From a virus (taxonomy: Duplodnaviria; Caudoviricetes), in the IMG/VR virus record IMGVR_UViG_3300010049_000011, positions 32,001 to 96,000 of that record: a stretch of DNA of 64,000 nucleotides; one strand, 5' to 3'. Below, one piece after another: positions 46,885 through 55,136 of this stretch. The notes under the pieces were generated by a model, which saw only the letters and a list, made by a program, of their open reading frames with translations, was not told where the DNA came from and made no database searches. Numbering within the stretch: position 1 is the stretch's first letter; the number at the start of each line of letters is the position of its first letter. Made by a program: the position numbers and the translations under genes.

Positions 46885-48582
46885 CTACACCCAAACTAAA
46901 GCCTCTTGGAAGTATTTGGGAAATAGATTCTTGTTCCTCTTCCACAGAGACTCGAAACTCCCGTCCAGGATCCAAGTATCCGCGTAATCCGATACTGACC
47001 TCACAGACCTTCCAGAACCTTGGACTATCTGCTCGATAGTCTTACCGGCATACCACTCAGAATCTCTCTCCATACGAGCTTTTATCGCGTTATCCCCTAA
47101 CGACAGGTAGGGAACTTTTACGAACATCTGGAACCTCGAAAGATCGTCGTCTAGACTTATTCCTTCAGTACAGGAAGGAGATAGTAAGATCCCGTTTTTG
47201 CTCTTGTAAAACGCTTCCAACACCTCTTCTTTTGTCTCGGACGTATGGATAAGCATTCTTTTGGCGTTTCGAGAGTGTTCGAACACAAATCTAGCATTTG
47301 CGTAGGAAGTTGTGTGAACAATACCTTTCGAGGTACTGTAGGACTTTTCGATTAAGTCATCCATGAAGGAAACCATCTTAGGGAGCGTCTTTTCTTTATT
47401 CGCGTAATTCATGTATCCAACAGGGCAGAAGAAGATCTTACGATTCTCCACAGGAAAGGACATCGGTAGTTCGAGAACTTCACATTGGTCGAACGGTATT
47501 CCTAGATCCTTAGCGAATCTTCGGGGGTCGATTGTTCCAGACATAAAGATCAGCTTACGTGCAAATTGGTTGAGAATATCTTCCGTCATGAATTCCACAG
47601 AGATTGGAATAACCTCGAACCCCACCACATCTTCCTTCTCATCGAGGTAGTAGTTCGTAGCCCAATCGGTCTTTTCTTTGTGTTTGCGGTAGTTTGCTAT
47701 CTTACAAATTACGTGTTCGATCTCGTAGGAAAACTCACCCAAGCAGCAATTCTTGAAGTATTGGTCTATGACGAATTGATCCTTCTCAGTCTGTTTCATG
47801 TATTCTTGGATATTCTCGGAGTATTCGTCTATGTCTTTTTTGAATTTGCAGAGGTTTGAGAATAAAGAATCTATCCAGCGAAACAGCTCCTTTTCTTTAC
47901 GAACCTCGTTATCGATAACTAACTCTTGAGGGATAAATCCTGAGTAATTCTCAAAGCCCTTCGTTTGGTTTTTCGCGTAGGATACGACCTTATTGAAGTA
48001 TGTTAGGAATTTCTGATCGACAACTATAGCTCGATAGCCTTGGATCACTTTCTCAGCGCAATGGCATTCGTCGATAACAGCTAAATCCCTTGTCCCGAAG
48101 GAGCCGGTGAAGTCGAAATCAAGCAAGAGGAAGTGTAGGTTGGTCAGACAGATTGGATGGTTCTTCGCTCTCTCTTTAGCGCACTTATACGGGCATTCTC
48201 CAGCACATCTCATGGAGAATTTTTTATTGCTTCTGCACGGAGCTTCGGTATACTTGCAGGGACGAATAATACAGTCGTAATTATCCTGACCCTTTATGAG
48301 GGCCAATTGTTGTGGCGAGAACGTCCTCTCGTACTGCTCGAGTAGCGCATTAAATGGTGCAAGTAAGAAGGTAGAGCCACCGCCTCTTTGAACTAATTTC
48401 GAGGTAATATAAGCAATCAGGCTTTTCCCTGCTCCTGTTGGTGCCGAGATAATCATGTATTTCTTGGGGTTGTCCTGTGTGTTATACCACTTTTTGATGG
48501 TATCAAGAGCATCGATCTGCTGAGGACGGAGAGTGTCTGAAACAGTATTAAACTGCTGATAAGTTAGGTTTTCGGGAATCAT
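46885..48582 (-). CDS. DinG/XPD-like SF2 helicase
   Basis: RPQQ; APTGAGKS; four-Cys Fe-S-type cluster; IDECH; MSGT; EGISL; KVPY; QGSGRSVRS..D. Confidence 0.88.
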   Translation of the reverse strand: MIPENLTYQQFNTVSDTLRPQQIDALDTIKKWYNTQDNPKKYMIISAPTGAGKSLIAYITSKLVQRGGGSTFLLAPFNALLEQYERTFSPQQLALIKGQDNYDCIIRPCKYTEAPCRSNKKFSMRCAGECPYKCAKERAKNHPICLTNLHFLLLDFDFTGSFGTRDLAVIDECHCAEKVIQGYRAIVVDQKFLTYFNKVVSYAKNQTKGFENYSGFIPQELVIDNEVRKEKELFRWIDSLFSNLCKFKKDIDEYSENIQEYMKQTEKDQFVIDQYFKNCCLGEFSYEIEHVICKIANYRKHKEKTDWATNYYLDEKEDVVGFEVIPISVEFMTEDILNQFARKLIFMSGTIDPRRFAKDLGIPFDQCEVLELPMSFPVENRKIFFCPVGYMNYANKEKTLPKMVSFMDDLIEKSYSTSKGIVHTTSYANARFVFEHSRNAKRMLIHTSETKEEVLEAFYKSKNGILLSPSCTEGISLDDDLSRFQMFVKVPYLSLGDNAIKARMERDSEWYAGKTIEQIVQGSGRSVRSVSDYADTWILDGSFESLWKRNKNLFPKYFQEALVWV

Positions 48583-48605
48583 ACTCCCTAGAAGGTGGCG
48601 ATGTT

Positions 48606-48962
48606 TTACGAATTCGCGTTAAGATCGTTTGGGTGTTGAGGACAGGTTATGTGTGGGAATTTTCCAGACAACAACTCCAAGACATCGAACTTATTCTGCC
48701 TTAGAGCGCCCATTCGAGATTTGTAGTATTCTCTCTTAACACTAGACGACGCTTTAAGTGTACAATCTATTCCTACCCAACTCTTACCGTCGTCATGAAC
48801 CTCAGCTTCAGGATATTGCTTATCTTCGTAATCGTAGTAGATTGAAATATCTTTCGCCTGACAATACGTCTTCTCGTCGAAGTAAATCCTACAACCCTTC
48901 CATATTGAAATATTGAATCCAGAGTCTCTTAACTGCTTTGCTGCTAATTCGATTTTCTTCAT
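48606..48962 (-). CDS. Hypothetical protein
   Basis: 118-aa ORF upstream of the helicase. Confidence 0.55.
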   Translation of the reverse strand: MKKIELAAKQLRDSGFNISIWKGCRIYFDEKTYCQAKDISIYYDYEDKQYPEAEVHDDGKSWVGIDCTLKASSSVKREYYKSRMGALRQNKFDVLELLSGKFPHITCPQHPNDLNANS

Positions 48963-49013
48963 ACAGACGCGTAGAAGTAATTAAAAATTCCTCAGAGTAA
49001 ATATTCTGAGGTT

Positions 49014-49044
49014 CAAATAATTTTAATACGTTTGCTAGGTTCTT
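49014..49044 (+). repeat. Third, partial copy of the early-promoter upstream element
   Basis: CAAATAATTTTAATACGTTTGCTAGGTTCTT vs CAAATTTATTTATTAGCTTTGCTAGGTTCTT at 51959 (25/31 identical). Confidence 0.65.
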
Positions 49045-49070
49045 AGAGAGAATGCAGTGGCTCCCCTTGC

Positions 49071-49872
49071 CTCGTAATACTCGTTCGATAAATCTCACTC
49101 GTATTACTCACCATACCCCACTTAGCTCGTTCGCTTCGCTCACTCGGTCTATGTGTTACTCGCTCCTCGAATACAGAGTATTCTCGTCGACATTTCAAGC
49201 GTTCACTCACTTACGTTCGTTCACTGTGAAATGTATCGTAACAGAATCAATATTAACTCGCAAAGTATTGCTCGTAAATTGATTCTTGGACCCTAGAACC
49301 TATGTTTAGTCGAGAAAGAGCGCTACGCTACTTTCCTCCTAGTTGGCTACCCGCCAGGTCAGATCTACTCTCGAAACAGAGTTTCTCGTAATTAACTTCA
49401 CTACACAACTGCGTCTTTTAGAGACTTGTTGTTGGTTCAATTAATTAAAGTTCGCTTCGCTCACGATCTGAGAACAGGTAGACCTTTCGGTCCTAAGGGT
49501 AGCAAGTTCAAGTACTGTTTAATTTCTTCTCTCATGCATGTGTAGATCTATTCGAATACTACTAGATAAATCTAGTAGATATTCTCATATCTCTATCATC
49601 TGTTATGTTTCTTCTTAATCTTCTTAATCTACTCTACTATTATTTTTATTTATTCTTTCTTCTTACTTATTCTTAAATAATTAATCTATAATGTTATAAA
49701 AACTAGGATAACTAGATCTTAATAAGAATTATTCTGTTTATTATGTTAAGAATATTAAATTATGTATCCAGTTATTTTTAAGATTCTACATCTACAGTAT
49801 TTATTCAGTATTGTTAAGACTTAGTATTACTCAATTACTCACTTCGTTCGTAATCTCGTAAACATAAGTCTT
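49071..49872 (-). other. Non-coding array of tandem-G.A / GNA-loop hairpins plus an AT-rich tract; candidate replication origin
   Basis: About ten hairpins, two with GCGAAGC; AT-rich stretch ~49600-49815; no credible ORF. Confidence 0.6.
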
Positions 49873-49893
49873 GTAAACCTAGGTAATTTGAAC

Positions 49894-50529
49894 ATGTTCC
49901 AGAAGTTAATAGAATACCTCGAGAAGCTGTTTAAGAAATTACTAGGTGTTCGTGAAGAAGGTTTGGAAAAACGTCTCTCGAAGGACTCTAAGGAAGATAA
50001 TAACCAATCTAAAGGTGTAGTTATGACGGAAGTAAGAGAATTTGTAAAAAAGAACGATATGTGGGTAGATTTTGATCCTAAGGATATTTCAGACGAGATC
50101 AAAGTGAGGTTGGAGATTACAAGATCTAAAGTTAATCTCCTGTTAGCTGAAGCACCCGAAGAGCTTACTAAGTTAGTAATTGTTCAGAGAGGTTGGAGAT
50201 CTCCTGAAAAGAATACTTCAGTAGGAGGAGTATTGAATTCACCTCACGAGTCTGGAGAAGGAATAGATATTAGGGAACTCAAATTTAGTAAACAAGAACT
50301 AGCTAAGTGGTGTGCTAAGAACCAAAACTTACTAAAGAAGCATGGGTTGTATCTTGAAGATCCAGCTGTAACTGTTGGGAACTTTACTGATTGGTGTCAC
50401 TTACAGACTCGCCCAACTAAATTAGGTAATGTTGTGTTCATGCCTTATTCTTACACAGGGTATAATTCGTCTAAGGAATCAGTGTCTCAAAAGTGGTGGT
50501 CTGATTTAGGTGTTAAGAGGCCGTTTTAA
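49894..50529 (+). CDS. Peptidase M15-family endolysin
   Basis: GWRS..KN..VGG..NS.H..G.GID...WCH zinc ligands; second possible start at ATG 50023. Confidence 0.8.
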   Translation: MFQKLIEYLEKLFKKLLGVREEGLEKRLSKDSKEDNNQSKGVVMTEVREFVKKNDMWVDFDPKDISDEIKVRLEITRSKVNLLLAEAPEELTKLVIVQRGWRSPEKNTSVGGVLNSPHESGEGIDIRELKFSKQELAKWCAKNQNLLKKHGLYLEDPAVTVGNFTDWCHLQTRPTKLGNVVFMPYSYTGYNSSKESVSQKWWSDLGVKRPF

Positions 50530-50578
50530 GGTTCTAAACCACAATCGTAACCTGACAGCAAGCCAACACTAAATCGAA

Positions 50579-50618
50579 AAATTACTAAGATGTGCAAGAA
50601 ATTACTAAGATGTGCAAG
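50579..50618 (+). repeat. Exact 20-bp tandem duplication over a start codon
   Basis: AAATTACTAAGATGTGCAAG twice. Confidence 0.9.
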
Positions 50619-51944
50619 ACTCTCCAGTTAAAGAGGGGTAGTGCTTCCGACAATAATTCTTTTACAGGACTTCCTGGAGAATTGACTGTTGATCTAGACA
50701 CTCCTTCTCTAAGGCTCCACGACGGATTAACATCAGGCGGCTTAACTATCCAGACATCTCCAAGAACGGTCTACGGGTACTACTACTTTCCTACAGATAT
50801 GTTTTATTGGGATCCAGGTTGCACCTTTCCTATAACAGAGGACTACCAGGGAAACGTAGGCTCAGATCCACAAGAAGGAAACAAGTTCTTCGATATTCGG
50901 TACGGTGTGGGGAATGCTAAAGAGTTTATATATTGCCTCGCTGGAGGCGGTAGGTATAGTAGTCGTAGGTTCTTGCGTAAGAGATCGAACTTGGGTGTTA
51001 GACCTAATTTCAAGGCCGTAGATTACACCCAATCCGTTAGTTCGAACTCTCAATCTCTGGTGTGTAATTTTCGCGGGTCTCTGTTTCACGGAAATCGTGC
51101 TAATACCGGTATGGGTTTTCATACGTTTATAGGCTCTCCTGAGGTTATTAGATTCTCGGGTCATAGTATAATTTGGCCTGCATCTAGAGATTGGATAGCA
51201 GGGACTTACGTTGGTCGTAGATCTAGTGACGGTTCGGATGTGTATTTGTTGGGGTGGACTAATAGAGGGTTAGCGAGAATTGTAGTAGACAACCCTGATA
51301 GCGGTACTCCTGCGTTAAACCCTGAGAGTGCTGAATTACCTCTTCCTGTAGGATGGGTGAACGATATACGTAAATTGAATACGTCGTATTATTGTTGGGA
51401 TAACTCAGGAACACCAACAACGGTGTTGGTGGGTAATGGAAACCAGATAGTTGCGTGTACTTATGATGTAGACCTTAACCCTGTTTGGGGAACCGTTAAC
51501 ACCACACCTATAGCTATAGATACGTATGCTACTGCCTGTGGGGTGTCTGGACTTCCCTTCGACGACGATATCGTGGAACACTTTCAGACTCAATACGGTG
51601 GATCTCAAGGTGTAGTTTCTTATATATCTAGATCCACAGGGGAACTGTTAAACTCCATTGCATTCCCTAATGTCGGAACAGGTTTAAATTCCTCGGCGGC
51701 GTTTTGGGATCTACAATTAGACGTAATAATCCACCAACAGAACGCCTCAGCGAACAATTTCGGCGGTTTTAGTGTGAACACCGACGACTTAGGGGATTCT
51801 CCTTCTTGGGTTGCTTACAGGTTCTGGTTGACGGATACTGCAAACACAACTAATGGAGAGTTCGCTAACTGCGCCTTTGACGGTCTCGGTAACTTCTGGT
51901 CTGGTAGGAACGCTGCGGTTCTCCAGTACGGAAGTTTGGATTAA
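50610..51944 (+). CDS. Receptor-binding / tail fibre protein with Mtd-like N-terminal domain
   Basis: LQLKRG...FTG.PGELTVDLD...LRLHDG.T.GG; beta-rich remainder. Confidence 0.7.
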   Translation: MCKTLQLKRGSASDNNSFTGLPGELTVDLDTPSLRLHDGLTSGGLTIQTSPRTVYGYYYFPTDMFYWDPGCTFPITEDYQGNVGSDPQEGNKFFDIRYGVGNAKEFIYCLAGGGRYSSRRFLRKRSNLGVRPNFKAVDYTQSVSSNSQSLVCNFRGSLFHGNRANTGMGFHTFIGSPEVIRFSGHSIIWPASRDWIAGTYVGRRSSDGSDVYLLGWTNRGLARIVVDNPDSGTPALNPESAELPLPVGWVNDIRKLNTSYYCWDNSGTPTTVLVGNGNQIVACTYDVDLNPVWGTVNTTPIAIDTYATACGVSGLPFDDDIVEHFQTQYGGSQGVVSYISRSTGELLNSIAFPNVGTGLNSSAAFWDLQLDVIIHQQNASANNFGGFSVNTDDLGDSPSWVAYRFWLTDTANTTNGEFANCAFDGLGNFWSGRNAAVLQYGSLD

Positions 51945-51958
51945 TTATCCTACCCAAT

Positions 51959-52043
51959 CAAATTTATTTATTAGCTTTGCTAGGTTCTTGGTTCAAAAAC
52001 CAAATTTTCCGCTTGACTTTTGGAAGGAAGCGAGCTATCGTTG
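51959..52043 (+). promoter_or_regulatory. Sigma70-type early promoter module, copy 2
   Basis: TTGACT (52013-52018) - 17 nt - TATCGT (52036-52041); 85-bp homology with 21100-21184. Confidence 0.75.
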
Positions 52044-52075
52044 GAAAGCATGGAACAAAAAGAAAGGGGACAAGG

Positions 52076-53047
52076 TTGGAGAAAGTGAGCAAATCGGGCC
52101 ATGTGGGGATTTATCCACTCCCGGAGGACGTCGGGGGATACAGGGTTTGTGTTTTCAAAGATGGGTGGGAGTATAGAATTTCGAAAGTGTCGTCGATCGA
52201 AGAAGGTTTGGAGAGACAAGTCGGTCTCAAAAAATTATTCTTCAAGGCGAGAGAAGGTTTGTGGAGCCCAAACGACGTGAAAAGTCAAGCGGAACTTCTT
52301 GGTTGGAGGGTGAAAGACAACTATAGAAAACCTGCGGAGATAAAAACAAACCAGGACAAAGTTTCCAGACCAAAAAGACACCTGGGAGCCTGGAGGATAT
52401 ATTTCACAGCCAAAGAAGGTTACAAAACCTCGAGGTCGTGGAAGACCGAGGAGGAGGCTCAGAAAGCTTATAAGGATTTTCAGAACTGGATCCTCGAAGG
52501 CCGGGATATCTCAACTTGTTTTGGTCGAGGGAAGAAAGCTCCAGGATGCAGTGCTGTGAAAGAGACGAATTTCAGCAAGCTAACTTTCGAGAACTGGAAA
52601 GATAACATACCTTTGGTTCGAGAGAAGATCAGATTCTCTAGGGAAGAGGGAGTTAACGAGATATACGACCTTTTTGAGAATTCTCTCGAAGGATCCACCC
52701 ACTTATACCTTAAAGTTTGGGACTCGGAGAGAAAAGATTGGGTTATAGAGATCCGTCCAAACACAGAAACCTGCGAGGAGGAGCTATTCTCCATCTATAG
52801 AACTTATCAGACCTCTCCCAAGCCTAGCGTTGGTGTTGTGGAAGAGAGTGGAGATCTCTTGAGACTTTCTGATCCTTGTGGTGGAAAGAAGCAAGGGACG
52901 TATAACACGAGAACTCTTCAACTGACCACTGAATTTTATGAGGTTAGGTTCTTTTCTCAGGAACAAGCGGACAAGGCTCTTGCTCCGTACGACGTTATAG
53001 ATTTGGCGGGTTCTGATTTGAAGTTGATTAAAACAAGAACAAAGTAA
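52076..53047 (+). CDS. Early protein with AP2-like DNA-binding segments
   Basis: Start moved to TTG 52076 (AAGGGG SD, downstream of the promoter); SGHVGIY..YRV; WRIYF...W.TEEEA..AY. Confidence 0.5.
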   Translation: MEKVSKSGHVGIYPLPEDVGGYRVCVFKDGWEYRISKVSSIEEGLERQVGLKKLFFKAREGLWSPNDVKSQAELLGWRVKDNYRKPAEIKTNQDKVSRPKRHLGAWRIYFTAKEGYKTSRSWKTEEEAQKAYKDFQNWILEGRDISTCFGRGKKAPGCSAVKETNFSKLTFENWKDNIPLVREKIRFSREEGVNEIYDLFENSLEGSTHLYLKVWDSERKDWVIEIRPNTETCEEELFSIYRTYQTSPKPSVGVVEESGDLLRLSDPCGGKKQGTYNTRTLQLTTEFYEVRFFSQEQADKALAPYDVIDLAGSDLKLIKTRTK

Positions 53048-53069
53048 TATAAACTGGAAGGAAAAGAGT

Positions 53070-53801
53070 ATGGAAAACCAAGAGATAGTCAGCGTTGTGA
53101 CTGACGTAACGGAAGAAATAAAAGATATTGTTCGAGACAAGGATGTTCGAGAAAAAATTCTCAAGGAATCTCGGATCACGCGAGAAAAGTGGCTTGAAGA
53201 CGCTTACTCAAAGCTGAAAGGCGTGTTCCCAGCGTCCTATGATCTCCCTCAAACAGCCTCTATAAGCGTTGGAGATTGCGGGATGGATGTTTTAGGTAGG
53301 TGTTATAACGCAACAATCCATACGGGGAACTTGTTCACAATTATCTTGGATTTTACAGAAGACCGACCACTCAATGTCTTGGGAACTCTCCTCCATGAGA
53401 TGATCCACTGTCTCGAAGGGTGCAGGAATCACGGAAATAAATTCATGAAGGTCTGTTTTGAGGTCGGCCTCGCTATGGTTTGTAAAAATGGCCACACAGA
53501 AATTACGGAGCAGCTCAAACCTAGGCTCGAAAAGATCGCACAAGAGCTTGGTCCTTTCCCCCACAAGAAAATTGTCAGACCTATCAGGGACAGAAATATG
53601 AGGGAACCTGCGATAAAACTGATCTGCATCAACGGACACGAAGGACCCGACACAGAGAATCTTCACTGCGAATATCGGATAAAAGAGAAATTCTTCAAGG
53701 TAAAGATGGAAGCTTTCAAATGCCCTGTCTGTGATAGATTGATGCAGGATCTCAGAGTTCATCTCGGAACCAAGAAAGGGGTCGAAGTTGAAGACGTATA
53801 A
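53070..53801 (+). CDS. SprT-like zinc metalloprotease
   Basis: TLLHEMIH...HG..F; C-terminal C...CPVC. Confidence 0.8.
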   Translation: MENQEIVSVVTDVTEEIKDIVRDKDVREKILKESRITREKWLEDAYSKLKGVFPASYDLPQTASISVGDCGMDVLGRCYNATIHTGNLFTIILDFTEDRPLNVLGTLLHEMIHCLEGCRNHGNKFMKVCFEVGLAMVCKNGHTEITEQLKPRLEKIAQELGPFPHKKIVRPIRDRNMREPAIKLICINGHEGPDTENLHCEYRIKEKFFKVKMEAFKCPVCDRLMQDLRVHLGTKKGVEVEDV

Positions 53802-54171
53802 CAAAATATTCGAGAAAGACGTCGAGAGGACTTGGGGGTTCTCCCATAAGGATATACCTAATAGGGAGCAAGACATTCTCCACGCTGCGTTAGGGTTGTC
53901 TGGAGAAGTTGGAGAAGTCTGTGATGTACTTAAGAAGTCTCTAGCGGTTGGAAAACCTATAGATGAAGAAAATCTACTAGAGGAACTAGGGGATGTAGCT
54001 TATTACGTCTTCATAATCCTAAACAGAATCGGGAGATCCCTCTCAGAAGCTCAGAAGAAGAATATAGCTAAGAGGGCTGTCAGGTTCCCTAGAGGATTCT
54101 CAGAAGATAGGTTCGATCGTAAAAACAGAAACCTAACCCAGGAAAGGAAAGCCCAAGATGGACAAAGATAG
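53788..54171 (+). CDS. MazG-like nucleotide pyrophosphohydrolase
   Basis: LGLSGEVGEV.D.LKK...EELGDV.YY...NIAK...RFP. Confidence 0.88.
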   Translation: MKTYNKIFEKDVERTWGFSHKDIPNREQDILHAALGLSGEVGEVCDVLKKSLAVGKPIDEENLLEELGDVAYYVFIILNRIGRSLSEAQKKNIAKRAVRFPRGFSEDRFDRKNRNLTQERKAQDGQR

Positions 54172-54451
54172 CGCAATAACGTATTTCCTAGACCACTTCG
54201 ATGCGTTATTAATATCAGGATCGGTATGTAGCAAGTGTCGTGTAGTTAAGGATTTATTGTTTAGGAAATTTTCCAGTGTTCCTGTTGGAATTGTAGAGGC
54301 AGACTCTGCAACAAGAGATGAAGACGTGATAATCTTAGAGGCCTTTAATGTCCAATCCATTCCTGTAGTGATAAATCTAAAGACGAAAGAGAAGTTGGTT
54401 GGGGACGAGATCACCGAACTCTCTCTTAAGGAGCTGCTGCATGTACAGTAA
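54158..54451 (+). CDS. Thioredoxin/glutaredoxin-like protein
   Basis: CSKC; FNVQSIP. Confidence 0.7.
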   Translation: MDKDSAITYFLDHFDALLISGSVCSKCRVVKDLLFRKFSSVPVGIVEADSATRDEDVIILEAFNVQSIPVVINLKTKEKLVGDEITELSLKELLHVQ

Positions 54452-54803
54452 GACGGATAGACAGGTCCTGGTTTCTGTGCAAGAGATAATAGACGAGGCC
54501 TACCTAAACCTTGAGGATAAAGGAGATCTTTGTGAGTTTCACGAGAGCCTAAAGGGGTTGTTGAGGGTGGTTAAAAACCACCTATATTTCGAGCACTACA
54601 AAACTCTCTACATTGAGGAGTTAGGTTTGGGAAACAGGTTGGTTTCCGCCTTAAGACGTATAGACGTGAGAGTAGTAGGGGATTTATATAAGCCTCAGGG
54701 TCCTGTCCTTAAGGGAATCGCAGGTATCGGCGCTAAGTCCCTTCTAGACTTGAAAAAGAAACTAAAAGAGCTAGGCCTCGAACTACCGCAAAGGAAGATA
54801 TGA
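54441..54803 (+). CDS. Protein with an RNA polymerase alpha C-terminal-domain-like module
   Basis: AAGGAG SD before ATG 54441; IEELGL.NR...AL...I.....DL.....L..I.GIG.KSL..L...L.ELGL.L. Confidence 0.75.
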   Translation: MYSKTDRQVLVSVQEIIDEAYLNLEDKGDLCEFHESLKGLLRVVKNHLYFEHYKTLYIEELGLGNRLVSALRRIDVRVVGDLYKPQGPVLKGIAGIGAKSLLDLKKKLKELGLELPQRKI

Positions 54804-55123
54804 TGGATATAAGAATTGAAACACTACTAGGTAAAGTCGAGAACATTCTTGAGTCAAAGAATTCGAGTTCCGAGACTTTGAATATCTTCCTAGATGATGT
54901 AGCAGATTTTGCCAAAAATTGTGGTATTTTTTACAACCAGCAGGTTGAGAAGTTTAAAGATCTATCAGAAGATGGTAAGGCTTGTGTTGTTGCTCTCGAG
55001 TCCTTGCTGGGGGAGTTTAAAGAGCTCCAGAACACGTCATCTAAAGACACTTTTCACATAGACGTGATGGAACTGATTCGGGCCATCGTCACAGTGTTGG
55101 TGAAGTTCGAGCAACCTGCTTAG
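54800..55123 (+). CDS. Hypothetical helical protein
   Basis: ATGA overlap; AAGGA SD. Confidence 0.6.
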   Translation: MMDIRIETLLGKVENILESKNSSSETLNIFLDDVADFAKNCGIFYNQQVEKFKDLSEDGKACVVALESLLGEFKELQNTSSKDTFHIDVMELIRAIVTVLVKFEQPA

Positions 55124-55136
55124 GTTAGGAACCGAC

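Noticed and set aside
49052-49282. 76-aa ORF (also 48889-49098 and 49839-50102)
   Set aside because: No clear SD, odd composition, and they overlap the hairpin array or real genes
49071-49872. CRISPR array or iterons from the recurring TTCGCTTCGCTCAC-like words
   Set aside because: The repeats are not identical or regularly spaced; they are better explained as hairpin cores
50610-51944. Diversity-generating retroelement target (Mtd-like N-terminus)
   Set aside because: No reverse transcriptase or template/variable repeat pair seen in this window
53292-53876. 194-aa minus-strand ORF, and similar ones at 12595-13149, 58182-58631 and 59832-60278
   Set aside because: Antisense shadows of well-supported plus-strand genes
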